Source: Candidatus Cloacimonadales bacterium (GTDB taxonomy: Bacteria; Cloacimonadota; Cloacimonadia; Cloacimonadales; JAFGVF01). From it: a stretch of DNA of 64,000 nt. The DNA is taken from contig OY782781.1 in assembly GCA_963678315.1 (NCBI GenBank), positions 640,001 to 704,000 of the forward strand, in the 5' to 3' direction. Numbering within the stretch: position 1 is the first letter of the stretch; every line of letters begins with the position of its first letter. Under the pieces are notes generated by a model. The model had not been told where the DNA came from and did not search any database. It saw only the letters and a list, made by a program, of their open reading frames with translations. The position numbers were made by a program, and so were the translations under genes. Positions 1-10,870 of this stretch are shown piece by piece.

Positions 1-255
1 GGCCAAACCTACGAAAGTAGGTTATATAAGAGATTTAAATATATGTTTAGCATATATTTAAATACAAAAGCCGGCACGGAGGCCAGCGTTCCCAGTATTA
101 TTAGCCAGCTATCCGGCAGCAGCCGGACTAAAGGCAAAGCGTTCCCAGTATTTGCTGGATTAAAGACACAACAGCGTTCCCTTCACTCCTAACTAACTCC
201 TGCCTTACTGGTCTCCTTGAAAAATTGGCCTTTTTTCAATGGGACTAGTAAGGAA
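1..255. repeat. Intergenic REP/BIME-like hairpin mosaic (cluster A, truncated by window start)
   Basis: 1-97 is the reverse complement of the unit around the IS21 (e.g. 54790-54867). Also contains gccagctatccggc..gccggactaaaggc..gcgttcccagta, ctcctaa heptamers and the 51-bp palindrome at 203-253. Confidence 0.85.
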
Positions 256-557
256 GACGTAAGCAACTATCAAGAGTTGGATTGACTAGCCTTTTCTTAC
301 ACCTTAAACCCAGATGATGTATTAGACTTGACGAAAAGAGTGCATATTATTTCAGCAAAATATCTTACAGAATCGAAGTTTGAATAATATATATTCTAGC
401 TGAGATTATGGAACTTATTCTTGCCATGAGTCTTCGCTAAAGCTACGCCCTCACAGGAATAATATAGTGCTATTTTTCAAGTTCTAGTGCATTATTTGGG
501 TTAAACAAAACATTACAGTAAATAATTTAAAGACCAAGCAGGTAACTAGGAAATATC

Positions 558-586
558 TTGACAGTCTTATAAACTACTAATATTAT
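558..586 (+). promoter_or_regulatory. Putative sigma70 promoter
   Basis: TTGACA-N17-TATTAT, followed by an AGGAG RBS at 601 and ATG at 611. Confidence 0.55.
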
Positions 587-610
587 TTGATTTATAACAA
601 AGGAGATTTT

Positions 611-2437
611 ATGTGTACAATGAAAAAAGTATTTGTAATCATTATTTTATTTACGTGTTTTGCTTTATTTGCTGACGGAGTAGCCCCTTTAGGAACAGGA
701 ACAAATGAGGATCCTTATCAAATAGAGACACTTAACAACTTACTATGGTTATCCACAAATCCAGATGTATGGGATGATAATGCCTATTTTATACAGACAA
801 GTGATATCATTGCTACTGATACTGAAAACTGGAATTATGGTTCAATTCATATACCTCCTTTTGATGTCTATCAGGGGTTTTCCCCAATTGGAACATCTGA
901 CCAAAATTTTACGGGTCACTATGATGGGCAGGGCTTTTCAATCACAAATTTATATATTTTTAGAGGACAATACCATATTGGCTTATTTGGAAATATTTCT
1001 GGTTCAATTGTTGAAAATGTAGTAATTGAAAATTCGGTGATTGATGGATTGGGCCATGAAGGAGGACTTGTGGGAACATGCGATACATCAGAGATTTCTA
1101 ACTGTATTATGATAAACATTGAAATTAATCAAAACTTTGATGATATGTTACTTAATATTCACAGTCCAAGCGACATTGGAGGTATGATAGGAGACTCCTA
1201 TCTGTCTACAGTAACTAATTGTCAAGCTAGCTGTACACTTAAAGGTTATGATAACATTGGTGGTATAATCGGTTATAACCACCAAACATCAGTAAGTAAT
1301 TCATTTTCCTCTGGAAACCTAATAGGAGAAAACAATATTGGCGGACTAATAGGCTTTAATCAGTTTATGTCTCCAGTAACCTATTGCTACTCAGCTTGTA
1401 ATGTTACAGGGACTGAGGAGGTTGGTGGCTTGATTGGAGATAATACAACTTCTGAAGTTAAAAACTCTTATGCTCTTGGTGCTGTTGAGGGAAATATCCA
1501 GGTCGGGGGTTTAGTTGGTTCCTGCCAAAACGATTCACATGTTAAGTATTGTTATTCAACAGGAAATGTAATTGGAACAACAGACGTAGGTGGTTTGATA
1601 GGAGTTAATTATCAATCAACAGCTGAATCATCATTCTGGGATATGGGTACATCAAATCAAGCAAATAGCATTTTAGGAACTGGAAAGACTACTGTCGAAA
1701 TGCAACTAATCTCAACTTATACCGATGCTGGATGGGATTTTGTTGGTGAATCAGCTAACGGAACCGGAGATATATGGGATATTGATAGTGGATATCCAAT
1801 TATTGTTGCAACTCCGGAAGAAGATGAAACGCTACCGGTTCAGCTATCCTCATTCGATGCTATTGCGACATCATCTAATACTGCTCAATTGAACTGGTCA
1901 ACAGCATCAGAATCTAACCTTCTAGGATACAATATATACAGAAATGAGAACATGGATTCCCAAACAGCTCAAAGAATTAACTCTAATTTAATCACAGCTA
2001 ATAACTTCTCTACAGGCTCAGACTACACTTATATTGATGATGAAATTGAACCAGAGGTTACCTATTATTACTGGCTAGAAAGCTTAGAATTAAGTAATGA
2101 AAATTGCTTATATGGACCTGTGAGTGTTAGAATTGAAACTGTAGAAAATGAGAATGTATTACCTGCAGAAACTATCCTCTTCTCTGCTTATCCAAATCCA
2201 TTCAACCCGCAAACAACTATTAAATTCAATGTTAAAGAAAATGACCAAGCTTCACTCACTATCTTTAACTCTAAAGGACAAGTCGTAAAATCATTAGGAA
2301 ACTACCTTCCAGGACAGCATACACTTGTCTGGAATGGACAAAATAATCAAGGCAAAAATGTATCATCAGGTGTTTATTTTTATCAACTTAAATCAAGTGG
2401 ATATAGCAAGATAAGCAAAATGATGCTTATGAAATAG
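611..2437 (+). CDS. Secreted GLUG-like repeat protein with C-terminal FlgD-Ig/T9SS-like sorting module
   Basis: Signal peptide; GTGTxxDPYQI motif; multiple GG(L/I)(V/I)G repeats; TLPVQLSSF ... YPNPFNP ... SGVYFY C-terminus. Start moved from 587 to ATG 611 behind the AGGAG. Confidence 0.8.
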   Translation: MCTMKKVFVIIILFTCFALFADGVAPLGTGTNEDPYQIETLNNLLWLSTNPDVWDDNAYFIQTSDIIATDTENWNYGSIHIPPFDVYQGFSPIGTSDQNFTGHYDGQGFSITNLYIFRGQYHIGLFGNISGSIVENVVIENSVIDGLGHEGGLVGTCDTSEISNCIMINIEINQNFDDMLLNIHSPSDIGGMIGDSYLSTVTNCQASCTLKGYDNIGGIIGYNHQTSVSNSFSSGNLIGENNIGGLIGFNQFMSPVTYCYSACNVTGTEEVGGLIGDNTTSEVKNSYALGAVEGNIQVGGLVGSCQNDSHVKYCYSTGNVIGTTDVGGLIGVNYQSTAESSFWDMGTSNQANSILGTGKTTVEMQLISTYTDAGWDFVGESANGTGDIWDIDSGYPIIVATPEEDETLPVQLSSFDAIATSSNTAQLNWSTASESNLLGYNIYRNENMDSQTAQRINSNLITANNFSTGSDYTYIDDEIEPEVTYYYWLESLELSNENCLYGPVSVRIETVENENVLPAETILFSAYPNPFNPQTTIKFNVKENDQASLTIFNSKGQVVKSLGNYLPGQHTLVWNGQNNQGKNVSSGVYFYQLKSSGYSKISKMMLMK

Positions 2438-2456
2438 TATCATATTATCCCATAAA

Positions 2457-2485
2457 GAAAGAGACGCCCAATAAGCGTCTCTTTT
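2457..2485. terminator. Bidirectional intrinsic terminator
   Basis: aaagagacgc-ccaataa-gcgtctcttt-type stem between convergent genes, flanked by A and T tracts. Confidence 0.7.
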
Positions 2486-2514
2486 ATATATATTGTTTAT
2501 TTAATCTACTAAGA

Positions 2515-3987
2515 CTATTTAAGTAAATCTTCCACCCATACTTGAAGGTTTTCTTCTAGGGCAGGACTATAGCCACCCTCAGTAAATCTTATCTTACCTT
2601 CTTTATCAATAACGCACAAGAAAGGAATTCCATCAAATCCAAACTTGTCGGATAGATCATCAGAACCAAAAGCAAGGTCCATTTTGTATCCTTCTTGTTT
2701 GAACATACCTACAGCATTTCTTTTGTTTTGTTCCCAAACATTGATAGAGATTACCTTAACATCTTTAGGAGCACTTTCTACAAACTTGCTAAGAACTGGC
2801 ATAGCCATTCTGCAAGGTCCACACCATGTAGCCCAGAAATCTAGAATAAGAACATTACCTTTAAGACTCTCAAGAGTGTATTCATTACCATCAACATCAG
2901 TTATTGTTGTAGCAGGTGCGTCTTTACTAATCTTCTTTGATAAGGTTTCCTTCTTTCTTTCAGGCTTACCTTTATCCCAGTTCTCTCTAGCTTTAGCTTT
3001 TATCCTTTCAAATCTTTTGTTACCTGCTAATTGATCATATCTTTCTTGATTATCAAAAGAATAATAAGCATCAAAACCATTTTTAACAGCTTGTTCGTAG
3101 TAGTCACAGAACTTCTTAGTGTTATTTACACTTAGATATGTTTCTCCAATAAGTAATAATCTCATCTCATCTTCAATATACTTATTTTCTGAGATAAACT
3201 TAACTGTCTCATCAGTAGATTTGTTATTTAGAATAAGTTCAATCATTCTAGTAGAAATCATCTGCATAAGTTCAGCTTGACTATACTTATCTTTGTATTG
3301 AGAATAAGCAGACTGCCAAACGACATAAGCTCTTGGATAATCAGCCATCAGAGTATAAAGACTAGCATATTCAACATCAAGATTAAGGGCAAGCTTTTCA
3401 GTCTTATGCTTATCTAGGATAGCCATAGCTTCTTTATATTTACCTTGAGCAAGAAGAATTCTATATTTAGTAGTGATATTGTTCTTATCTTCAACATCCA
3501 TTTGATAATAAACATCAAACTTAGCTAAGTCTTTCTTTATCATTTCAGTTAACTCAGGCTTCTTGTCCATAGACTTGTTTTCAAGAAGTGAGATATAGGC
3601 ATTAGTTAACAAGCGATATCCATACTCCCAATCAGAATCAATATCAATTGCCTGATTAGCTAGAAGTATAGATTCTTGACCATCCTCTGTTATCCTTCCA
3701 TAAAGATAAATCGCAACTTTATCTTGAGGATTACGCTTATACTTTTGGAATGCTAAATCTATACTCTTCTCAGGATTCAGTCTTTCTAGCATACTAGATG
3801 AATTCCTTAGAACTGTAATGTCATCACTATTTGAGAAATATTCAACAGCAATCTCTTCTGCTTTCTTTTCATCTCTTTGCTTATAGGCTTGTTCAATTTC
3901 GCTTTTGTAGTTTTCTAATGTAAAGTCTTTGCTAAATAAACTAAGGCTTACAATTAATACTGCAAACAAGATAAGATACTTTTTCAT
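2515..3987 (-). CDS. Exported TPR-like protein with C-terminal TlpA/ResA thioredoxin-like domain
   Basis: Signal peptide; helical N-terminal region; LDFWATWCGPC and GIPF motifs. Confidence 0.85.
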   Translation of the reverse strand: MKKYLILFAVLIVSLSLFSKDFTLENYKSEIEQAYKQRDEKKAEEIAVEYFSNSDDITVLRNSSSMLERLNPEKSIDLAFQKYKRNPQDKVAIYLYGRITEDGQESILLANQAIDIDSDWEYGYRLLTNAYISLLENKSMDKKPELTEMIKKDLAKFDVYYQMDVEDKNNITTKYRILLAQGKYKEAMAILDKHKTEKLALNLDVEYASLYTLMADYPRAYVVWQSAYSQYKDKYSQAELMQMISTRMIELILNNKSTDETVKFISENKYIEDEMRLLLIGETYLSVNNTKKFCDYYEQAVKNGFDAYYSFDNQERYDQLAGNKRFERIKAKARENWDKGKPERKKETLSKKISKDAPATTITDVDGNEYTLESLKGNVLILDFWATWCGPCRMAMPVLSKFVESAPKDVKVISINVWEQNKRNAVGMFKQEGYKMDLAFGSDDLSDKFGFDGIPFLCVIDKEGKIRFTEGGYSPALEENLQVWVEDLLK

Positions 3988-4014
3988 AAGATAACTCCTT
4001 TTTATATGCTTATA

Positions 4015-5304
4015 CTATTTTTCAAGCTCGTTAACCCAGCGAGCAATATCATTAATCACATCTTCAGCAACAAAACCAGCTTTCATGTATTCAGATGGTT
4101 GTGAAGGACCTTGACCAGCAATGAATAAATGGTTAAGAGTTGGGTAGCTTTTAAAGTCCCAGTTGTCCTCGCCATCATAATACTTCTTCCAAAGATTGAA
4201 GTCTGTCATGGTTACTTGGTAATCCCTTTCTCCTTGTAGTACAAGAATAGGCTTTTCAACTTCTTCTGCTACGGCTATTTGGTCGTAAGAGTTAAGACTA
4301 TACCAATATTCTTTTGATAAGCCAAGAAGAAGGGGTTCTGCAACCTCTACATCTAAGCTTGTAATCTTCTTAACTTCTTTCAATTGAGCTTTTATCAGAG
4401 CTAAATCAGCCTTATCAACCTTACCTTTAATATCCATTATATATTGAACTTGTTCTAAAACTAAATCTTCTGTTGGTCTAGCATTAGCAGCAAGCATTAT
4501 TGCACCCTGGAACGCTTTATCACTAGTCATAATCTTTGGTGCTACAAATGCTCCCATACTATGACCTAAAAAGTATATATTTCTACCTTTCCACTTCTTG
4601 CTAATAAAATCAAAAGCTGCATTTACTTCAGTTAAATACTCATCATCAATATTGAAGCCTGGAATATCTTTAACTATTATTGGGTAATTCTTTGTTCGTT
4701 TGTCATATCGAAAAGTTGCTACACCTTGGCTAGCTAGACCGTAAGCTAAATCTCTAAATGGTTTATTTGAAGCAAGCGTTTCATCTCTATCGTTAGGACC
4801 TGAACCCGTTGCCATAATAATTATAGGGAAAGACCTCATGTTCTTGGGTATGGTGATAGTACCTTTAATCATATACCCTTGACAATCAAACTCTACATCC
4901 TCTTCAATCATTGCTTTTGCATCAGTGTAAGGAGGTATTTCGAAGTTTGTAGTGTGTTGAGATGGTTTGAAATAGATTCCTGAAAGCTTTTCATCATTAG
5001 AAATTGTAAGAAGCAGGTCCATGTAAACATTCTCGAACTTGAGAGTAATTGTATATGCAGTGAACTCTTCTCTTTTATCAGACTTCTTATCAACAAGCTT
5101 TTCAAAAGTCCCTGTACTCTCAATTAAACTATGCCATACAGACTCTAAGCGACCTGGTAAAAGTACCTCTGACATCTCTTTACTATATAACTCTTCACAC
5201 TCAGTAAACTGCTCATTAATAAGCATATCTGTAATCTTATCTGCAAGATCGGCATATAATCCGACAGCTATTAACAGAATAAAAGCAATCAATACTTTTC
5301 TCAT
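4015..5304 (-). CDS. Exported alpha/beta hydrolase with N-terminal DUF3887-like domain
   Basis: GSGPNDRD, GHSMG nucleophile elbow, QGERDYQV and LNHLF motifs. Confidence 0.85.
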   Translation of the reverse strand: MRKVLIAFILLIAVGLYADLADKITDMLINEQFTECEELYSKEMSEVLLPGRLESVWHSLIESTGTFEKLVDKKSDKREEFTAYTITLKFENVYMDLLLTISNDEKLSGIYFKPSQHTTNFEIPPYTDAKAMIEEDVEFDCQGYMIKGTITIPKNMRSFPIIIMATGSGPNDRDETLASNKPFRDLAYGLASQGVATFRYDKRTKNYPIIVKDIPGFNIDDEYLTEVNAAFDFISKKWKGRNIYFLGHSMGAFVAPKIMTSDKAFQGAIMLAANARPTEDLVLEQVQYIMDIKGKVDKADLALIKAQLKEVKKITSLDVEVAEPLLLGLSKEYWYSLNSYDQIAVAEEVEKPILVLQGERDYQVTMTDFNLWKKYYDGEDNWDFKSYPTLNHLFIAGQGPSQPSEYMKAGFVAEDVINDIARWVNELEK

Positions 5305-5380
5305 ATCACCTCTAACATAGTTCTTTAGTAAAATCTACCTACCCATATTCAAGAATTTACTTCAGCCCACTTTACTGCTA

Positions 5381-5713
5381 TTATCTATTAGCTAAGAATT
5401 CCTTAAAGCTATTTATTGCATCAGTTAAGAATTGGTAATATTCATCAAAGTTAGAAGAATCCTGCTCTTTTCCTGCCATTTCAAATCTCTTACCTGCTTC
5501 ACTTAATTGATGAAGTGCTAAATTTGCAGCTGTGCCTTTCAAAGTATGACCAGCAATTCTGACTGATTCAAAGTCTCCATTCTTAATACCATTAGATATT
5601 TGTTCATCAGTCTCTTCAGCAAGTTCAATCACATCTTCAAGCAGTTCATAAATAAGTTCTTCGTCACCAATTCTATCTATTGCCTCTTGTGCATCAAATA
5701 TTTTATATTCCAT
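5381..5713 (-). CDS. Stand-alone Hpt (histidine phosphotransfer) protein
   Basis: GHTLKGTAANL motif; start placed at ATG 5713 behind GGAGG. Confidence 0.85.
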   Translation of the reverse strand: MEYKIFDAQEAIDRIGDEELIYELLEDVIELAEETDEQISNGIKNGDFESVRIAGHTLKGTAANLALHQLSEAGKRFEMAGKEQDSSNFDEYYQFLTDAINSFKEFLANR

Positions 5714-5803
5714 CTTTCCTCCAATATTAGTTATTCTATGCATTATCTTCAATAATATTATAGCTTGTCAATGATTATCTTAAAGTCTGATTATAAGTTT
5801 TAC

Positions 5804-7339
5804 TTAGAAACTCTTTTCTAAACTTCTATATTGAATTGCCTCTGAAATATGTTCAGCTTTAATCTTGTCTGAAGCATCTAAATCAGCTATGGTTCGAGCA
5901 ACCTTAAGGATTCTATCATAAACTCTTGCCGAATACCCTCTCTTTTCTATAGTCATTTTCAATAAATGGTTAGAATCTTCGTCTAAGTTACAGAACTTTC
6001 TAGTGTGCTTCGGACTCATCTGAGCATTACAGAATATTCTATCTTGGTCAAATCTTTTTAGCTGTATCTTTCTTGCTCTGTTAACCCTATCACGTATTTG
6101 CTGTGAATATTCTCCATCGGGTATGCCACCCAAATCCTTATAAGGAACAGCTGGAACTTCTACATGAATATCAATTCTATCAAGCAATGGACCTGAGACC
6201 TTAGCCCTATATCTCTGTATCATGTTGGCTGTGCAAGTACAGTCATGCCCTACCACATTTGTGTTGTAGTAACCACAAGGACAAGGGTTCATAGACGCTA
6301 CAAGTATGAATTTTGCTGGGAACATCAAAGATTGAGAAGCCCTTGAAACAGTAACAATGCCATCTTCTAAAGGCTGTCTTAGAACTTCCAGAACTGATTT
6401 CTTGAACTCTGGTAATTCATCTAAAAAGAGAACTCCGTTATGAGATAGAGAAACTTCTCCTGGCTTAGGATAAGTACCACCACCAATCAAGGCAACATCA
6501 CTTGTGGTATGGTGTGGAGATCTAAAAGGTCTAGAAACGACTATTCCATTAACCTTATTGGTTGGTAAACCAGCAACAGAATGTATCTTAGTGGTCTCAA
6601 GTGCTTCATCCAATGACAAATCAGGTAGAATTGTTGCAAAGCGTTTAGCAAGCATTGTCTTACCTGAGCCTGGAGGTCCGACCATAAGAAGGTTATGTCC
6701 TCCTGCTGCGGAAACTTCTAACGCTCTCTTTACGTGATATTGACCTTTTACGTCATGCATATCTGCATCAGAAGTGTTAAGCACATTGAAAAGTTCTTTC
6801 AAATCAAAGTGGTAAGGTTCTATTTGAATTAGTTTATTGAAGAAGTTTGTAGCATCATTAAGTGAATGAACAGGTATCACATCTAATCCTTGAATCACTG
6901 CTGCCTCGCTAGCATTTTCATAAGGGACAACAATACCTTTTAGTTTGTCTTTTTTAGCTTCCAAAGCAATAGGCAAGACCCCTTTTATAGCCTTCACAGA
7001 GCCATCTAATGATAATTCTCCTATGATTGCATATTTATCAGCATCTCTAGTTTTGATTTCTCTTCTTGCTATTAAAGCAGCAACAGCAATAGCTAAATCT
7101 AAAGCTGAACCCTCTTTCCTTAAATCAGCAGGTGCCAAATTGATAATATAGCTTCCAGCCTTTCTAGTAAAACCAGAATTAATAATTGCAGTTAAAACTC
7201 TTTCCTTGCTCTCTTTTACGCTATTTGAAGCCATTCCCACCATTATTGGTGCATTCATTTTAGTTCTAAAATCTGCTTCTATTTCTACTTTATGAGCTTC
7301 TATACCAACAGTTGTATATGATAAAGATTTACCTAACAT
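5804..7339 (-). CDS. comM: ComM/YifB family Mg-chelatase-like AAA+ ATPase
   Basis: INLAPADLRKEG, GPPGSGKT, PFRSPHH, LFLDELPEF, MNPCPCG. Confidence 0.93.
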   Translation of the reverse strand: MLGKSLSYTTVGIEAHKVEIEADFRTKMNAPIMVGMASNSVKESKERVLTAIINSGFTRKAGSYIINLAPADLRKEGSALDLAIAVAALIARREIKTRDADKYAIIGELSLDGSVKAIKGVLPIALEAKKDKLKGIVVPYENASEAAVIQGLDVIPVHSLNDATNFFNKLIQIEPYHFDLKELFNVLNTSDADMHDVKGQYHVKRALEVSAAGGHNLLMVGPPGSGKTMLAKRFATILPDLSLDEALETTKIHSVAGLPTNKVNGIVVSRPFRSPHHTTSDVALIGGGTYPKPGEVSLSHNGVLFLDELPEFKKSVLEVLRQPLEDGIVTVSRASQSLMFPAKFILVASMNPCPCGYYNTNVVGHDCTCTANMIQRYRAKVSGPLLDRIDIHVEVPAVPYKDLGGIPDGEYSQQIRDRVNRARKIQLKRFDQDRIFCNAQMSPKHTRKFCNLDEDSNHLLKMTIEKRGYSARVYDRILKVARTIADLDASDKIKAEHISEAIQYRSLEKSF

Positions 7340-7459
7340 AGATCCTCCTTTATTTGTAGTACATATTTAGCTACTATAAAAGATATGTCAACATATTATA
7401 ACTTTACAACTGTCAAATAAACAATCTAAATAGACCTCTATCCAAAGAAAATTGTTCTA

Positions 7460-8191
7460 TTAATTTCCTTTAGCTTGTAAATACTCCTCAGCCTTCACTA
7501 AATCTTCTGGAGTATCAATACCTATAGCTTTATAATTAGTTTTTACCATCTTGATTCTATAGTTATTTTCTAAAAACCTTAATTGTTCCAACTTCTCAAT
7601 CCCTTCCAGTTTAGACATAGGAAGTTTGATAAAGTCCATTAAAGCACTTTTCCTATAAGCATATACCCCAATATGTTTATAATAATCAACAGCGTCTATC
7701 TTGTCTCTGTTAAAAGGTATAGGACAACGGGAGAAGTAGAGAGCATACCCTTCTTTAGAGCAAACAACTTTCACATTGTTAGGGTTAGTAATCTCATCCT
7801 TTGAATCTATTTTATGCATCAAAGAAGCAACATCTACAGTTTTATCTTCAAATGCTTGAAGAAGCTCTTTTAGTGGTTCTATCTGAATAAAAGGTTCATC
7901 ACCCTGAACATTAATTATCACATCATAATCTAGCTTTTCTACAACTTCAGCTATTCTATCTGAACCTGATTGGTGCTTATCTGAAGTCATTTCAACATTT
8001 GCACCAAAGCTTTTTACTGCCTTGAAAATCATCTCGTTATCGGTTGCAACTATGACAGGAAGACCAAGTTTCTGCACAGCCTCATAAACGTGTTGTATAA
8101 TTGGCTTGTTTCCTAAATGAACTAATGGTTTCCCAGGAAATCTACTTGAAGCAAATCTTGCTGGAATCACTATTACTGGCTTTATATTCAT
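7460..8191 (-). CDS. kdsB: 3-deoxy-manno-octulosonate cytidylyltransferase
   Basis: IPARFASSRFPGKPL, NVQGDEP, LEQLRFLE. Confidence 0.95.
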   Translation of the reverse strand: MNIKPVIVIPARFASSRFPGKPLVHLGNKPIIQHVYEAVQKLGLPVIVATDNEMIFKAVKSFGANVEMTSDKHQSGSDRIAEVVEKLDYDVIINVQGDEPFIQIEPLKELLQAFEDKTVDVASLMHKIDSKDEITNPNNVKVVCSKEGYALYFSRCPIPFNRDKIDAVDYYKHIGVYAYRKSALMDFIKLPMSKLEGIEKLEQLRFLENNYRIKMVKTNYKAIGIDTPEDLVKAEEYLQAKGN

Positions 8192-9018
8192 TATTTTTCC
8201 TTATTAGAATCTCTTTCTTGAGAACACTTATTCCATTTAATTTCTACAAAGGCATCATAAACATAGGAACCTTTGTGAAATCTTAACATCAATGAATTCT
8301 TGGTATTTATTATCGACCGAATCACCTTAGAATTATTAATCTCTCCGAAGTTCCCTACATCCAAATTCTCTTGCCACTCAAGATTATTAACCTTTACATC
8401 AAAAGAAGCAGCAAGCTTTTCTATAGCATCCTCATAAGCTCTATTATAGGCTTCAGTCGGATTAATAGCAGTCCCTTTACCTGAAGAAATATATTGAGTT
8501 CCATCTACCACAACCTGACCAAGCCAAGAAGGGGCTTCTTTCACAACCACTAAGCTGGTATCCAATTCTACACCATTATCAGATAGCCCAACCATACCCA
8601 AAGCTATATTTTTAAACTCATGCTTAGCTAGAACTTTACTATTATCATAGATAGTTTGTAGTTGTTCAACATCATTTGAAACTTGTACATCAAATTCTAC
8701 TAGTTTCTGATTCTTATCTTTGCTATTATGACGCATCTTAGTCTTAGAAACAACAATACATGATCTGTTCCTAGCAATTCTAACACTTGCCTTATCCCTT
8801 AGAGAAGCATCAAGAGAATCCCTTTCCCAGCGTGAAATACCCTGGAAAGAGTAAGCAATCTCATTCGCTTGAGGAACTTCTAAAAACCACTTTGGTAATT
8901 CTAAAGAATGAACTTCACCCTCTATTTGCCTAAAAGAATCAACCTCTGTTTGCAGATATGTCTTAGCACAGCAGGAGATAATTAAAATTAGCATAAAGAG
9001 CGAAATAACTTTTTTCAT
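8191..9018 (-). CDS. Hypothetical exported protein / probable lipoprotein
   Basis: N-terminal hydrophobic segment ending ISCC; tightly coupled in the mnmG-kdsB operon. Confidence 0.65.
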   Translation of the reverse strand: MKKVISLFMLILIISCCAKTYLQTEVDSFRQIEGEVHSLELPKWFLEVPQANEIAYSFQGISRWERDSLDASLRDKASVRIARNRSCIVVSKTKMRHNSKDKNQKLVEFDVQVSNDVEQLQTIYDNSKVLAKHEFKNIALGMVGLSDNGVELDTSLVVVKEAPSWLGQVVVDGTQYISSGKGTAINPTEAYNRAYEDAIEKLAASFDVKVNNLEWQENLDVGNFGEINNSKVIRSIINTKNSLMLRFHKGSYVYDAFVEIKWNKCSQERDSNKEK

Positions 9019-9026
9019 GATTAAAA

Positions 9027-10862
9027 CTAACCTTTTTTGTAATATTTTTTTAGATACACTAGTAAGGAAGAAACATCATTAAAGTTAACCCCAGGAATTC
9101 GGGACATCTGCCCTATATTGCTAGGTTTAATCTTATTCAGTTTTTCTCTTGCTTCATAAGCTATAGATTCTATTTTCATGAAGTCAATATCATCAGGAAT
9201 AACATGATTTTGAGCATTCTGGAATTTATTAATATCTGCTAATTGTCTCTTCAAATAGCCCTCATACTTACATTCTAGAGATATTCTTTGGGCAACATCT
9301 TCTGGAATCTCTTCTTCAAACTTAAAGCCGTATTTAGCTAAGTCCTCGAACTTGATATCTGGTCTCTTAAGTATTTTAATGAACTTAGTTGGTTCTTTTA
9401 TCTTATCAAGAGCCAAACAGTTTCTACGTGATAAATATTCTATAACTCTATCTTTTAGTTCTTGTTTTGATTTATAAATCTGCCATCTTGTATCAGAAAC
9501 TAATCCTAATTCATAACCTAATGGCATTAACCTTTCATCAGCATTATCCTGTCTCAAGAATAACCTATGCTCAGCCCTTGAAGTAAACATACGGTAAGGT
9601 TCATTAGTCCCTTTTGTTACTAAATCATCTAATAAAACACCAATATATGACTTAGATCTATCAAATACTAATTCTTCTCTGTTACTTAAAGAGAGAACAG
9701 CATTTATACCTGCAGAAATACCTTGTGCCCCAGCTTCTTCATAACCAGAAGTACCATTAATCTGCCCAGCTAAATACAAGCCAGAAATTGTTTTTGTCTC
9801 CATTGTACTCTTGATATTAGAAGGAATCACGTAATCATACTCAATAGCATAAGCATATCTTAACAACTTTGCCTTCTCTAATCCAGCAATAGAATGAATC
9901 AATTCAATCTGTACATCTGGCGGTAAACTATTGCTTACCCCATTCACATAAGCTTCATAGGTATCAACACCTTCTGGTTCTATAAATACATGATGCTGGT
10001 CTTTATCTGCAAACTTAACTATTTTATCCTCTATTGAAGGACAATATCTCGGACCTACTCCTGATATCTTTCCACCATAAAGAGCAGATTTCTTTAAATT
10101 ATCTTGGATAATTTGATGTGACTTAGGGTTTGTGTGTGTTAGCCAACAATCTACTAAATTCTTTAGCTTAACATCTCTATAAAAAGAGAATCCAGTAGGG
10201 TTTTCATCACCTGGTTGTATCTCTAATTTAGAATAATCAATAGAACGTAAGTCAATTCTTGCTGGAGTTCCTGTCTTAAACCTTGCAAGCTCTAAACCCA
10301 GCTTTCTCAAAGAAGCAGATAATTCTAAAGATGCAGGCTCACCGGAGCGTCCGCCAGAATACTTAGTATGGCCAATATGAATTGCACCTTGTAAGAAAGT
10401 GCCATTAGCCAAGATTACCTTTTGTGCTTTATAGTTAAAGCCGATATTAGAAACTACACCTGTAACCTTATTATCAGAATCAACACAAATCTCTGCTATT
10501 GTATCTTCAATTATATGAAGATTATCCTGATTTTCTAGGTGTTGACGCATTATTTTAGAATACAAATCTCTATCATTTTGAGAACGTGGAGCCCATACTG
10601 CTGGACCTTTCTTCTGATTAAGCATCCTGAATTGGATACCACTCAAATCAGCTACATAGCCAAGCTCACCACCTAAAGCATCTATCTCTCTTGCTAAATG
10701 ACCTTTGGCTGGTCCTCCAACCGAAGGATTGCATGACATTCGCCCTATACTTTCTAACTTTATAACAAAAATAGCAGTGTTTGCTCCCATTCTAGCAGAA
10801 GCTAAAGCAGCCTCAATTCCAGCATGACCTGCCCCAACTACTATCACATCAAAATTCTTCAT
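9027..10862 (-). CDS. mnmG: tRNA uridine-5-carboxymethylaminomethyl modification enzyme MnmG (GidA)
   Basis: GAGHAG, MSCNPSVGG, GPRYCPSIEDK, GQINGTSGYEEA, EPYRMFTSRAE. Confidence 0.97.
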   Translation of the reverse strand: MKNFDVIVVGAGHAGIEAALASARMGANTAIFVIKLESIGRMSCNPSVGGPAKGHLAREIDALGGELGYVADLSGIQFRMLNQKKGPAVWAPRSQNDRDLYSKIMRQHLENQDNLHIIEDTIAEICVDSDNKVTGVVSNIGFNYKAQKVILANGTFLQGAIHIGHTKYSGGRSGEPASLELSASLRKLGLELARFKTGTPARIDLRSIDYSKLEIQPGDENPTGFSFYRDVKLKNLVDCWLTHTNPKSHQIIQDNLKKSALYGGKISGVGPRYCPSIEDKIVKFADKDQHHVFIEPEGVDTYEAYVNGVSNSLPPDVQIELIHSIAGLEKAKLLRYAYAIEYDYVIPSNIKSTMETKTISGLYLAGQINGTSGYEEAGAQGISAGINAVLSLSNREELVFDRSKSYIGVLLDDLVTKGTNEPYRMFTSRAEHRLFLRQDNADERLMPLGYELGLVSDTRWQIYKSKQELKDRVIEYLSRRNCLALDKIKEPTKFIKILKRPDIKFEDLAKYGFKFEEEIPEDVAQRISLECKYEGYLKRQLADINKFQNAQNHVIPDDIDFMKIESIAYEAREKLNKIKPSNIGQMSRIPGVNFNDVSSLLVYLKKYYKKG

Positions 10863-10870
10863 TTTTCACC

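Noticed and set aside
203..253. 51-bp palindromes as integron attC sites
   Set aside because: They lack RYYYAAC/GTTRRRY boxes, do not separate gene cassettes, and no integron integrase is present.
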